In this document: in pieces, positions 25,375 to 38,155 of the stretch
Layout: every line of letters begins with the position of its first letter
Numbering within the stretch: the stretch's first letter is position 1
From: Selaginella moellendorffii
Taxonomy: Eukaryota > Plantae > Lycopodiophyta
DNA length: 64,000 nt
Reading direction: 5' to 3'
Assembly: GCF_000143415.4 (NCBI RefSeq)
Contig: NW_003314348.1
Location: 764,700 to 828,699, forward strand
Program-made: the position numbers and the translations under genes
Notes under the pieces: generated by a model
Told to the model about the DNA's origin: nothing
The model's input: the letters and a program-made list of their open reading frames with translations, nothing else
The model's database searches: none

Positions 25375-28300
25375 ATGGCGGGGAATGATCTTGGTGGTAG
25401 ACGAGCGCACCCAGCACGATCAGTGAGCCGGCTGCGCAGCACGCTTCTTCTAAGGAGAAGCGTTCACAGGAACCAGAAATTCGTGGCTATACACGAGGAG
25501 ATGTCCGAGTGCTCGAGCGCTGAGGAGGAATCGGATGAATCGGTTGGATCCGGGGGGGAGGATATGCCTACTCCAGATTCTGTGGAGCCGAGAGGATTTA
25601 AATCCACACCACAGTTCCAGGCCAGAGAATCGGACTCGACTTTATCATCAAAGACGTCGGCCGACACTTGCGGTGACGAGCCGAGCACGAGTAGGCACAA
25701 AAAACCTTCGAGTTTTCACGGGATAGATATGGCCAAGGGCTCTGATGACGATGACGACGAAGAATCGGACGAGGAGGAGGCAGTGATCGATGCGGTGCTT
25801 GCGTTCCAAAGGTGGCGACAGCACAACCTTAAAGTATGGACGCTCTACGCTTTTCTATGTGAGCGAGATTTCTTTTAAGTCTGAAACTGGATGGCTTATG
25901 TGAACAGCGATCGTTCAGTCACGAGCTCAAGAAGGTTTTGGAGGAGGCTCGCCGTGACGAGGCTTCTCTCACGTCCATGCAACGTGAGCTCATGAAGAAA
26001 GACGTTAACCTTGTGAGGGCACAGGCGGAGACTGCACAACTTCGAGCACATATCTCGGCCATAGAGGACGCAGTGCAGTCTAGTAGCTACGTAAGTTTGT
26101 CTTCCTTTTGTGTCTTTTTATTTCATGACCAAGTCTTACTTCTCTCAGAATGAAGAAGCGAAAAAAGAGGTTCAGAAAGCTCAAGAGAGAGCACTTGCAG
26201 CAGAGGAGGAGGTGCACCGACGGGATAGAGAGATTAATCGTTTGAGGCAGCGGCTCAAGTGTATAGAAAGCGAGAAGACACGGGTAGATGAGAACTTGAA
26301 AGCCAATCTGGCAATGCTACAGCAAGACAAAGTTGGGGTGCTTAAAGAGAATCGCATCATACTTGACCAGGTAAATGCTTTTTACGTAGATTTTGCTCGT
26401 CTTGTAATCTTTTTGTTCTGGTGTTTTTCAGCTTGCACGCAAAGATCAAGAGCTAACGCACAAGCTGGATGACATTAAAAAGCTTCAAGCAACAATCGCA
26501 TCTATGGCAGATTATTATAACCAGTATAAGACGGAGCATGAAGCAGCATATGCATCCCTACAAGATAAGCTTGCACAGGAAGGAGATGCAAAAGCTACAA
26601 TGAAGGTCAGTTTTTGTCTTTAACGATTTTCAATCGGTTGTTAAGAAACTTTGCATGCCAGAGAGAAGCGGAGGATTTGACAAGGAAATGCGAGTTGCTT
26701 GAGAAAGAAAAAGAATGCCTAAATGTTCAGGTCGAGAAAATGCTTGAGAAGATGAATTCGGCAACTTTGCACGACAGTGTAAGCGATGTTTCCAAATGCT
26801 CGCAAGTCTGTGACATAAGATTCTGTGTGTCAGGCACAGTGCTCTTCAGAGTCTCAATCAAGGACGTCTGAAGCCATTGCAGCTGGTATTCTTGAACACC
26901 TACGAATACTGACGAACCACATGATAAAACTGGAGGCTTCTTTTGGCAGACACACTAGAGGGCCGGGGTTGTACAGTTCTTTGCACAAGATCGACGTTAA
27001 CTTGGAGCTAGCGTTGAAGTCTTTTAGACGTAGCAGTGGTAAGGCCGGGGGTATTGGAGGGAAGCTTCAGCAGCTTCCGGAAATACAGGAGCGGCCACAG
27101 CCACGGGACGAGGATTCATCGGCAAGATCTCATTGCGTGCTGAATCAGACAGTTCAAACAGATGGCGAGCTGTCCAAGTTTCTGGAATGGCTTGATAAGC
27201 CGGAGGAGAAGTATCTGTGCGTCAGAGATGCGAAGACACAGACATCAGGTGCAGGATCATCACAGTTGCAGCTGTGTTCTCGGAGCGGAGTAGAAGAAGA
27301 GGCTAGATGGCTTGCATGGAAGTGGAGGTGGCTAAGTACGGCTTTAAAAGCAAAGCTCCTCTCCAAGCAGCTGAGATATTCAAGACCGGCGACCACCGGT
27401 AAGGTCCAGGCGCACGGTGGCAAGTCGTGCTTGAAGGATAGGCAGGGCAGCATCCTGGGAACGATGGAAAGGGAGCTCAGAGTAGTGATGGGAGAGAGCA
27501 TCGTTCGGATGTTCCTTCAACTCTGGAGAACGTATCGGAGGAGTCCAAAGGCCGAAAGAAAGGCTCTGTCCAAGGACTTGCCTTTGGACAAGGTGGTGGC
27601 GGTGTTTCCCTGGTGGATACGGAGGGTGGGAGAGAAGAGACGCTTGGAACGCTCGTTCTGCCAATGGTACTACTTGGCTTCCTGTTCAGTGAAGAGGCAA
27701 AGCTACCACATGGAGGAGTTTTACTTTCATCCGCACTCCTGCTATTCACGTCCCTCGGCGGCGGATGAGTATCTTTCAGTGAGGCGGAAGGTACCGAAAT
27801 TCAAGTACCAGGACAACAGCTCGGACGGAAATGCTCCTCAACAAGGACTGGTCGTTCGGAAAAAGGAGCTTGACGTGGAGAGAGGCGGCCTTGATCTGGC
27901 TAAACCCGACAAGCGACAACTCATGTTAACATCTACACACTACACAGGATCAACTTTTACTGCTCGAGCTTTACGAACTCTACAGGTATGTGGACAACAA
28001 CACTGTGCTATTGCCGGCCATTTTCGCTTAAAAAATGAAAGCTCATTCTTTGCTTGCAGGTGTCCCTCCAACAAGAGTTCCAAGACCTCCAGCAGCTACT
28101 GGCCAAGGAAATGGAAGCAAGCCAGGTAACATAGAGCACTCTATATGTTTTCACTTTAGTTTGACCGTGGCAAAAACACGTCACAGGTGTCGACTGGGCA
28201 CCTCGACAACGAGAAGTCCACCCAGAGGAGGCGTATGACGTTCCTGTGGGAAGTTTGCAACAATCTGGCCAACGCTCTCATGGACGCGCACAAGCAACTC

Positions 28301-28753
28301 GTGTCGCTGGACCGGGAGTTCAGCCTGCGCGTGTGCAATTACCTGGAGGTCTCGGCCAACTCAAACTGCGAGCCAAAGCAGGCGCCACAGAACAGCCCGC
28401 GCGGGATGAGAGGCGGCGGTGGTGGCGGCCCAGCAAAGAGCCCGACGTCGAGAGGCTTGCGACCGACCGATCCAGTGCTGAGGTTCACGGACGATTATCC
28501 GGGAGCGCGAGCAGCCGAGAGGAAGGGCCGTCACTACGCTTCCCATGGCTGCGTGAGCGTGAGCACGACGAGGAAGCCGGGCGGATCGTCGTCGTCGAGG
28601 AAGAAGGCATGCATTGCTTCGCAGTGTGCGGCTATCTTGCAGTCCGAGGCGAGGAGGTATGGGCAGGATACGTTTGACAAAGGAACCATGGTGCAGGAGG
28701 AGTTTGTTCTGTCACCGCGTTTCACTGCGAGGAGACCACCTTGGACAAGATGA
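25375..28753 (+). CDS. Uncharacterised acidic / coiled-coil protein, multi-exon
   Basis: Co-linear plus-strand ORFs joined by short GT-AG introns; acidic N-terminus and E/K/R/Q-rich heptad exons. Family not recognised. Confidence 0.6.
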
Positions 28754-29049
28754 TGTTGTAATTTAACTACTTTGATTTAAAAATCTTAATTTAAATCTAA
28801 TACTATAAAACCACCACTTTGTTTTCTAAAGGGATTATGAATGGGAAAATGGATGGGAGGCGACACATTATTGTTATTACTAGTTGCTAGCAATTTAAGT
28901 GTTGATTTCTAACAGCAACAACATTTCACTTCTTATGATATAGATAATAGGTCTTAGGGGTTTGATCTCATGGATAGTGGTGCTATGTTCATCTTATAAG
29001 TTCTGATTGTCTAGGGAAAAACATTTAAATTTCTTTGCAGATAACATAC

Positions 29050-29240
29050 TCCTTTACAGCGTGTAGACACCCATTTGAAGCACATTTGTGAAGTTTGGCA
29101 CAGGAAATATGGCATAAGTGACACCATGCAATTGGAAGCGCATCAACAATGCATACAGATGTTAAGGAATTCTATGATGCTACTAAGGAAAGACTACATC
29201 ATCAATACATCAAGTGGCCCTCACTAGCAGTGGAGTTAAA
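29050..29240 (+). mobile_element. Probable PIF/Harbinger transposase fragment
   Basis: AIGSASTMHTDVKEFYDATKERLHHQYIKWPS resembles the Harbinger 'ST..V.EFC.AI...L...YIKWP' segment; degenerate. Confidence 0.45.
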
Positions 29241-30169
29241 AATATCCACATGTTGTTGGTACTATCATTGCTTTAGCTACAAATGCTCAAGATCACTTCA
29301 ATATACTGGTTTTATTTATGATTTTGCATCCACAGAGAAGCTTATTTGGGGTTACGAAGTTGGATGGGCAAGAAGTTTGCATAACTCAAACGTTTTTAAC
29401 AACCTGCTAACTGAGACATCAAATCTGGCTTGCTTGGCCCAAGCTGGTTCGTGGTAGGGGTGCCTATTTCTTGCCGTTAGTTATTTTTAAAACATAGCAA
29501 CAAGGACATGTTCTATAGTTTGGAGTTTTGGCTTTAAATTCAGATGTATTACTGATAAAAGAAAGGGCTTATATTTGTACAATTTTTGTTCAATAAAGAG
29601 GTGTTATTTAGTTTTTAATCTTTGGACAACTAGAAATCAACTGGCACAAAATTAAATGAGCATGCAATAAATGTTATAGCACATCACTTGGTTTAAGGGC
29701 CTTGACAGGAGAATAGTTGCATCTTATTACCAACAGATATTGCACTCTTGAATTGAGCACTTTGGCATGATAGCTCACATATCACAATTGAGATGATGCA
29801 ATTTCGCAAATTAGGGTGGAAACACTATCCATGACATTAGGCCATATCACTTGTGTATAATATATAGGTATCATTCGAAAGTGGAGTCTCTTTCATGGTC
29901 CAATTGAGGAAACGTCTAACTCATTCAATTGACTTTTTTGTTTTACATATCCCAGGCTGGTTTAATTTCCAGCTGTCATGTCAACTCTTCCTCTAATCAT
30001 GGATAGATAAATAGATAGATAACTAGATGTTTTGAGTCACCCCTGGTTAGACATGAGACTATACTAACTTTTCATTAATTTTATCCTCACACTTACTATA
30101 TCTCTCTAAATGTTAAGTTCATTGTGTCAATTAAGGTGTTCTTCCATGGCTTTGAGAGCATCTGAAAAT

Positions 30170-30960
30170 GTCACAAGATTGCAAGGTGGGTGAAAGTTGA
30201 GTGTGGGGAAGTAAAGGTGTTGTTCTAGATATGTCAAACACTGGTAGATCACATGTCAGAGATCTTTTTCAAGCCGGCAAAGTAGGCAGTCTCAATGCTC
30301 TCATGGAGTTAATGGTGACTTGAGCCAACTTGTCACAATATGTTCTGTAGCATAGGAAAATTCTACATGCGTTGGGACTGATGAAATGGTATAGTGGGAG
30401 TCCAGGTTGATGTGTAGCAAGTATTCTTGGAAAAGTGGTTTTGCATCAGCTTTTGCAAGCAATCCTTTGAGAGCAAACTCAACCCATGCAAGAGGGACTG
30501 GTTGAATGAGGAGCACTTCCAAGTGAATTCCCATGCTGTTTAGTCCACCATCCAGTTTGGAGTTTGTTGGTGATGGAGTTGGCAATCACAATAACCACAC
30601 ATCGATCCGTAGTCTCATGTCTGGTTGTGAGAATAAATTGCATTGTTTCTTTCCAGGCTTAGATCTCCACTAGGACTAGTCCTATCTCCATGCAAAAGAT
30701 TCCATAAGGTGTCTTTTCCCATGTCCAAAAGTCATGATATCTCTAGCTGTGCTCAACATATTGCTAAAATGCATGGTCCCCATACTTCACATCCATATGT
30801 TGTGACCCACATATTGAAGTGTTGTTTCCTCGCAACCCAGCTATAGAGAGAGGCATTGTGTAGCAAGTGGAGAAGGACCACCTCCCCTTGTCATTACACA
30901 GCCAATGAAAAGCTATCTCCACCAGAAGTTGTTACAAGACATTCTTTTGACAATCTTAAT
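30170..30960 (-). mobile_element. Degenerate LINE fragment (post-RT region)
   Basis: Minus-strand translation TTYGCEVWGPC near 30770-30805 matches the YGCEVW motif that follows LINE RT; stops nearby. Confidence 0.6.
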
Positions 30961-31378
30961 TAGGCTTTGCAATTTAGATGAGCCTTCTGCTAATCTTGTG
31001 TATGAACTTGGTGTATATTAATACCATGCTTACAAAGTGAAATGATATAGTTTGCATCAGAAATGCCAGTAATAACAACATTAGAAACCAATCTATGTTT
31101 GAGTTTTAGAATATTAGTTGGGATTCAGTGATGAAACCTCCAAGGTTCCTCGAAGATCCTTTAGACAGTGTAGTACTCGTTTCTTTAGGATACAGGTTTA
31201 ATGCCGGGTCTTTCATAGCAGCTAAGATATTTGCTTATCTTTTGTTTTCTTATTCTCGCAATGCTGGCCAAAGAGAAGATCCCCACCTCATGCTCCTCGT
31301 AAAAAGAAGTTCAAAGATTCTCTTCCCAGGCCAAAAGCTTGGTCAAAAAGTTAAAAAGAGGACAAAACAAACTAAAAG

Positions 31379-31449
31379 TGCACTGCCCGGGAATCGAACC
31401 CGGGTCTGTACCGTGGCAGGGTACTATTCTACCACTAGACCAGCAGTGC
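31379..31449 (-). tRNA. Cytosolic tRNA-Gly(GCC)
   Basis: GCACTGCTGGTCTAGTGGTAGAATAGTACCCTGCCACGGTACAGACCCGGGTTCGATTCCCGGGCAGTGCA: 71-nt cloverleaf followed by T runs. Confidence 0.96.
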
Positions 31450-32397
31450 CCCACACACGTGGAGTGAGTCCGAGTTTGAACACTAGTGTTAAGAAGCCAA
31501 GAAAATAAATGAAAAAATCAGAATCCAAACTCAGCAAGTAAAAGAATACAGGAAAAAAGAAAAGATGTTTGCGTAAGCGTAAGCGCGGGATTTGTTTTCT
31601 TGTTGTTGCTTGCCAGCTTTTGCCGAGATTCCTTCCTTGTAACAATGCATGATCGATTTTAAAGGAATACAGGATGGAAGTATACGTAGACACGTTGGGT
31701 CGCAAAACATATATATTATATAATTAAATCTTTTTGTGCCCAACTGAGAAGCGTCTCTAGGGCTTCTTGTGGAGCACGTGTGGGAGGGTGTGTAAAACGT
31801 TTTCTGGAATTTTGGAAAAGGGAAAGAAATTCCGTAATTCCCAGCTCTTTAATTTTTTAGTTTAAAAATATGGCCGCAAAAGGTAACGCGGGGATGGCTT
31901 ATAAAAAGCCCTGGAGAGAATGAGACCTCTGACCAAAGGAAAGGGTTGTAAATTTCTCCTCGTCTCTCTCTCTCTAGTTCACTTACAAGCTGTTTGTTTG
32001 GACGTACGAACAAACAAAAAGAAAGGATCGCCACAGTGGGTGGTGGTGGATCGATCGAGTTGAAGGGGCAATTCCAGTCCAGAGGAGCCAATTGATCGCG
32101 ACAGACGATCCAAAAATCCCGCGTTTACTCGCTTCGAAAGGAGAGCGACGAAGATCATCGCGTTAAGGGCGCCCAAGAGAAAAGGAGAAGGAAAAGAAAT
32201 AAAAAGAGGAGAGGAGAGTGAAGAGCCCAAGAACAGGGGAGAATCACACGCGCGCGCGCGCTTTCTCTCTCTGTGATCTGGTCTTGAGCCTATTTCCGGG
32301 CCCTGCGAGAGGAATCTTCACAGATTTCTTGTCCTCCACTCCCCTGGCGGCGCCGATTTCTTCCTCCTCGCGATCCTCCTCATCTCCGCCAATTCGA

Positions 32398-33978
32398 ATG
32401 GAAGAAAACTCCCCCAAATACTCCACTCCAGGCCCGGTTTCGTTCCCAGCTCCATCGGTGGTGATCATCGGCGCAGGCATTGCCGGCATTGCCGCGGCGC
32501 GGGCGCTCCAAGACCGCGGCATCGAGGTAACGCTCCTGGAATCCAGCGCCCGGATTGGCGGGCGGATCCACACCGACAAAAGCTCTCTTACCACCGCCGG
32601 CGGTACCGCGGTGCCCGTCGACATGGGCGCGTCGTGGATCCACGGCGCCACCCCGGGCCACAATCCCATCGCCACCGCGGCGCTGGACGTCCTTCAGCTC
32701 GCCACGCACCAGACCGCCGGGGAGGGATCGCTGCTCTACGACCACGACGTGCAGCGCGGCTTCGCGCTCTACACCCGCGACGGCGTACGGATACCACGCG
32801 ACACGGTACGGCAGTTTGAGTCATGGCTTAGGGCAGCCGTGGAGGCCGAGCGGCGCGACGCGCGGTACGAATCCGACGCTAGCCTCGAGGACACGATCAA
32901 CAGAATGGTGGCCGAGCACAAGCTCCAGGGCAGCGTCGACGAGGAGATTCTGGGCTTCTACGTGTGCAGGATAGAGGGCTGGTTTGCCGCCGATTCGTCA
33001 CGAATCTCCCCGAAGAGCTGGATCGAGGAAGAGTTTCACGAGGGCGGGCATTTGCTGGTTTCCAAGGGCTACTCGCAGCTGGTCGAGTCCTTGGCCCGCG
33101 GCATCGACATCCGGCTAGAACACCGAGCTGTCCGGGTCACGCAGCAAATGCCCTGTCTGGGCATTTGCAGCAAACCCCACGTCCAGGTATCATGCAAGAA
33201 TGGGTTTGAGATTCGTGCCGACGCGGCGATCGTAGCGGTGCCACTGGGGATCCTCCAAAGCAATGTAATCGATTTCCAACCCGAGCTCCCCGAGTGGAAG
33301 CGCGAGGCCATCTCAAGCCTCGAGGTCGGCCACCAGAACAAGATCGCGCTGCTTTTCGAGTCGCTGTTTTGGGACGAGGACGCCGAGTTCCTGGGCTGCG
33401 CCACCGCCGCGCCGCGCGGCTGCAGCTACTTCCTCAGCCTCTACCCGACGCTACGCCGCGCGGTTCTCGTCTACATGCCCGTTGGCGAGCTCTCCAGGCG
33501 CATCGAGCGGATGGGCGATGAGGAAGCGACCGCTTTTGCCATGGAGAAGGTGCGAGCGATGCTCCCCGGGGCCCCGGACCCGGTGTCGTCGCTCATCTCG
33601 AGGTGGTCGCTGGACGAGAACTTCCTGTGCTGCTACAGCAACGATCCGTCCCCAAACGGGTCGGATCTCTTCGAGAGGATGGCGATGCCGGCGTCGGAGC
33701 TGCTCTACTTTGCTGGCGAGGCGAGCAGCCCCGACTTCTCGGGGACGGTGCACGGCGCGTACGAGAGCGGCGTCGCGGCGGCCGAGCAAATAGTGGAGTC
33801 CCTGTCGAGGAGGCGGAGGAGCCAGCGGCCGGAGGAACAGCAGCCGCCACCATCACTGCCGCTGGCATCATTGAAAAGCGGCGGCTTGAGTCGGCCAGTT
33901 GTCTCTAGCTGCAACTTTGCTGCCCATCTCCTGTCCCTGGACGCTGCAAACGCTACATTGACACAGGTGATGCATTGA
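32398..33978 (+). CDS. PAO: Flavin-dependent polyamine oxidase (PAO2/3/4-like), intronless
   Basis: GAGIAG FAD motif, RIGGRIHTD, PVDMGASWIHG, LLYDHD, CRIEGWFAAD, NKIAL.F and FAGEA...GTVHGAY. Confidence 0.9.
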   Translation: MEENSPKYSTPGPVSFPAPSVVIIGAGIAGIAAARALQDRGIEVTLLESSARIGGRIHTDKSSLTTAGGTAVPVDMGASWIHGATPGHNPIATAALDVLQLATHQTAGEGSLLYDHDVQRGFALYTRDGVRIPRDTVRQFESWLRAAVEAERRDARYESDASLEDTINRMVAEHKLQGSVDEEILGFYVCRIEGWFAADSSRISPKSWIEEEFHEGGHLLVSKGYSQLVESLARGIDIRLEHRAVRVTQQMPCLGICSKPHVQVSCKNGFEIRADAAIVAVPLGILQSNVIDFQPELPEWKREAISSLEVGHQNKIALLFESLFWDEDAEFLGCATAAPRGCSYFLSLYPTLRRAVLVYMPVGELSRRIERMGDEEATAFAMEKVRAMLPGAPDPVSSLISRWSLDENFLCCYSNDPSPNGSDLFERMAMPASELLYFAGEASSPDFSGTVHGAYESGVAAAEQIVESLSRRRRSQRPEEQQPPPSLPLASLKSGGLSRPVVSSCNFAAHLLSLDAANATLTQVMH

Positions 33979-34254
33979 CTTTGGAAAGAAAACGTTAAGA
34001 AGATAATTGAAAAGCAAGCACCTCTCTTGACAACTCCAAATCAGAAATGAATACCTGTCGAGCTTTTTCTACTTTCTCAAGGGGTCCCCTCCTCCTCTCT
34101 ATCCTTTTGCTTTTAACGAAGAATCTTAGATAAAAACTGTTGTGCTAGTTCATACCCTGCAGATCATGATCACGCGTGTGTCAGCTGCAAAGGGCAACGA
34201 ATCTACGTAAACACACTAAAGAGAGGTGTGGAATGGAAATGGAAAGATCGCGAG

Positions 34255-35929
34255 TTACCTGGTTCCCGCAAAATTTCCTTTTGTTACCGCTGCAAGCTCT
34301 TCGATCAGTCTCCTCTCGTCGCTGCTGAGACGTTTCGGGATCTCCACTTGGACGCGAACTAGCTGATCGCCCCTCAAGGTTGGCTTGCCGAGGATCGGGA
34401 CGCCCTTCTTGGACATGACGAGGGTGGTGCCCGGTTGAGTCCCCGGAGGTATTCTCAGATCAACGGGGCCGTCCACGGTGGGAACTTTGATGGTCGTACC
34501 GAGGATGGCGTCGATGTACGAGACCTTTGCCGAGATAACAATGTTGTTCCCTTCACGCTTCAGCTCCGCGTCCGATCGGACTTTGATAAACACGTACAGA
34601 TCGCCTGGAGGACCGTTGTTCTTGCCTGCGTTTCCTTCCGACCGCACACGGAGCCTGCTGCCCGAGTCCACTCCTGCTGGAACTTTGAGATTTATCCGCT
34701 TCGATTTCCTGACTCTGCCGTCGCCGGAGCACGTACTGCAAGGTGTGGACGTTTGGCCAGTTCCCCCGCAGGAAGGACAGGTCGAGACTTGTCTAAACAT
34801 CCCCAGGGGTGTTTGAGCCGTGGAGACCACCTGTCCTTGGCCACCACACTGGCTACAGTTCACAGGTGTTGTCCCCGGCTTGGCCCCGCTGCCATTACAC
34901 GTAGCACATGACTCGAGGCGAACTGTTTCGATTTCCTTGTCGGTGCCAAAGACCGCCTCTTTGAACTCCAATTGCAAATCGTATCTCTCGTCGTCACCCT
35001 GCATTGGCCGGTTCCGAGCTTGCCGACCTCCCATACCCCCCATGCCACCACCCATACCACCAAAAAACGCTTCAAAGAGATCAAATGGATTCGAAAAGCC
35101 CTGAGCAAAGCAAGCAAGGAGTAAGGAAAATAACACCAAAGTTCAAAGACTTACTGCTCCAGCTCCAGCTCCTTTCAAACCAGCTTCACCATATTTATCG
35201 TAGATGGATCGTTTATCATCATCAGACAGAACCTATCCCACCAAAAAGCATCTTAGACAAAGCCCATCACCAAAGCAAAAAATGTGAGCTTACCTCGTAC
35301 GCATTACTGATCTCTTTAAACTTTTTGTCTGCATCTGGTTCTCTGGTACACAAATCCAAGTGTTTAGAACCCCCACAGGAGCAATGTAGAACACTCACTT
35401 GTTTACATCCGGATGGAACTGCCGTGCGAGCTTCCTGTAAGCTGCTCCAAACAAATGCCTAAATCAAGCGTACTGTTCTTAACTCCTTAAGAGAAAATTG
35501 GATAGCCCCGACTTACCGGTTTTGATCTCCGCCTTGCTAGCAGTCTTTGGCACGCCAAGAATGTCGTAGTACTCCTGCGAAATCCCAGAAGCAATCAAAA
35601 GATGAAAGGAGATCGAAGTAGAAAATATTACATTTTCTGCTCGAGCTATGAGCCGCTTGCGACGACACTGCCGTGATTGCAGTGGCTTGCGCACACTGAA
35701 AGGCATCGTGGAAAGGATTCCATTGCAGGAGAAGCTCAATCCACAGGCATCCTTCCTGAGGGATTATCGCGAATAAGAAACAAGCAAACAGAGAGCTCTC
35801 TTACTTATAAGAAGGAAACGAGCATGACGCCGCTCCAATCGAGCCGGCGAATCCTTGCTGCGCGGAGATGGCGCTGCTGCTCCTCTGCTGCGCCGGGAAT
35901 CGCCCAGCCGTGGCTGCCGCGGCCGCCAT
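34255..35929 (-). CDS. Chloroplast type-A DnaJ chaperone
   Basis: Transit-like N-terminus, J domain (YYDILGV, FHPDVNK), G/F region, four CxxCxGxG repeats and C-terminal substrate-binding domain. Confidence 0.93.
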
Positions 35930-36063
35930 TGCGAGCTTGCCCTCGTTCCTCTCCTTCCGCAAACCCTAGAAAATTCCAGAATAGAATGTTCCAGGCAGTG
36001 GAGATTTTTATTTTTCTCGTTTGACCCTTAGGGTTTTAGCTAGGGTTTATCTGATTAGCGCCC

Positions 36064-36123
36064 GCCACGTCGCGCAATGCATGGGCGATCTCGAGCATGC
36101 ATTCGTCCCGGCTCCAAATAAAT
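36064..36123 (+). promoter_or_regulatory. ABRE + two RY (CATGCA) elements + TATA-like box upstream of the globulin gene
   Basis: GCCACGTC at 36064, TGCATG at ~36078, CATGCA at ~36096 and AAATAAAT at ~36116. Confidence 0.6.
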
Positions 36124-36184
36124 TCCCCTCCTCGATCGATTCTTTCTCATCCTGCCTCCCAGTGCTCTCCTTCTCGATCAAGCA

Positions 36185-38155
36185 ATGGCGATTGGAATGA
36201 AGATTCTCCTCTTGCTCCTGGTGATCAATGCCGCGGCGTTTGCGCGCCGCGAGGATGAGCAGCAGCGGCACGAGCATCGTCGGCAGCGCGAGCGCCACCA
36301 GCGGATGTTCGAGGATTTGAAGCCCCAGGAGCCCCGCGTGGAGCTGGAATCCGATGGGGGCAAGCTCGAGGTGTGGGGCGGGCGTGGATCGGGCGTGTTT
36401 GAGGACGCCAATGTCGCTGCGTGTAGGACGACTCTCAAGCGCCGCGGCCTCTGGCTCCCTTCCTACATCGATGCTCCCTCAATGCAGCTCGTTACTCGAG
36501 GTAAACGTCGAGACTATCTTCTTGATGGTTCGATCTTCCTTTCATAAATTTTTCTTTCCTTGCCGTCCTTAATCCCTGGAGTTCCAATCGTGGTGACAGT
36601 AAATTTTTTGTTTTTTCTTTTGATCTCTCTCTTCTTGATCAGCTCCTTGTTCTTCAATGCGTTGTTCTTCCTTGTTCTTATAGACGGCAATTTTTCCTTA
36701 ACCAAATGTGTTCTTCAATGCAGGAGGTGGAAGAGTTGGAGTTATCAGCTCTCGTGGCGATCGTCGTAGTCAAGAAACCACCTTCAAAGTTGAGAAGGGT
36801 GATGTCGTTGCAGTCCCGCAGGGAGTGGTCGTCTGGTGGTACAACGATCAAGACCGAGATCTAGAGATCGTTGGACTTGCCGACGTTACCGAGAGCACTC
36901 GTCCCGCGAGCCTTCGGGTAAATTTCATCCATATTTCCTTTCCATTCATGATCTTTGCTTGCGTTTCTTTGCAGGCTTTTCACTTGGCTGGAGGAAAGCA
37001 AGAAGGTCAGCAGCGCAAGGAGGAAGAGCGAAGGAGGGGTCGCGAGGAGGAAGAGGACCAGCGAAGGAGAGGCCGCGAGGAGGAAGAGGAGCAGCGCCGC
37101 CAGCGTCGCGAGGACCAGCGCCGCGAGGATCAGCGTCGGGAGGATCAACGTGGTGAACGGAGCGAGCAGTCTGGATATGGAGCTGTCATCCACGGATTCA
37201 GCACCGAGGTTCTCTCTCGCGCTTGGCAGATGGACAAGAGCACTGTCAAGGAGTTGCTTCAAAGCCAGAGCGAGATGGGAATCATCCGACTCGACAAGGA
37301 CATCACTTTCCCAGACCAGGAAGAGCGAGACAACACCTTCTACCAGAACTTCATCTATCGTTTTGGCAAAACGAATCCCGACATTCGTGTCCGAGATGGT
37401 GGTGAGCTCCGCGAGCTGAACAGCTACAAGCTTCCGGTTCTCAAGCAGCTCGGACTTGGAATGGAATGCGTGCAGCTCGAACAGGTACCAAAAGATTCTC
37501 ATTTGTCTTCGCGATCTTCATGTATCTTTTGTGTTTCAGGACGCTATGGTTTCTCCGAACTGGTTCCGTGCTCATCAGATCCTCTACGTTATGGAAGGAC
37601 GTGGAAAGATCGAGGCTGTGTCTAACGATGGGGAGAGGGCTCTCGATACCGATCTTGAGAAGGGATCCCTCGTTGTCATCCCGGCTTTCTTCCCGTCGAC
37701 GAAGATTGCTGGAAGCGAAGGATTTCACTACGTCTCTTTCCTCACCACGGACAAGTGAGCATTTCTTTCGCTTTGTTTCTCCAGCTTCTAATGCTTCCAT
37801 GAATGATCTCAGGCCGATGATCTCCTACATGTCTGGAAGGAACTCCGTCTACCAGGGCATTCCTCTGCGTGTTCTCTCTCGCATCTTAAACGTGGACGAG
37901 GAGCGCGCTAAGCAGGTCCAGCGCGCTCACGAGAGGGAATCCGTCATCTTTCCCTCCGAGTCTTCGGCTGCGCGCCGCCGCGACGGGCAGCGAGATCCTC
38001 GCCGTCGAGAAGACGAGAAGCGGCGCCACGAGGAAGAGGACGAGTCTCGCCGCCGCCAGCGTGAGGAGAAACGTCGCGAGGAAGAAGAGGAGGATCGTCG
38101 CCGCAAGAGAGAGAGCGAGGATGAGTCCAAGCGTCGTGGTGCGTGGGCTCTGTAG
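36185..38155 (+). CDS. Secreted bicupin 11S/legumin-like storage globulin, 5 exons
   Basis: Signal peptide; LPSYIDAP, KGDVVAVPQGVVVWWYND, FHLAGG, GFSTEVLSRAW, LNSYKLPVLKQLGL and SPNW..AHQILYV.EG.G; R/E/Q-rich inserts and tail. Confidence 0.88.

Noticed and set aside
31849-32091. Minus-strand ORF as the conserved PAO uORF
   Set aside because: Wrong strand, and the resemblance is too weak.
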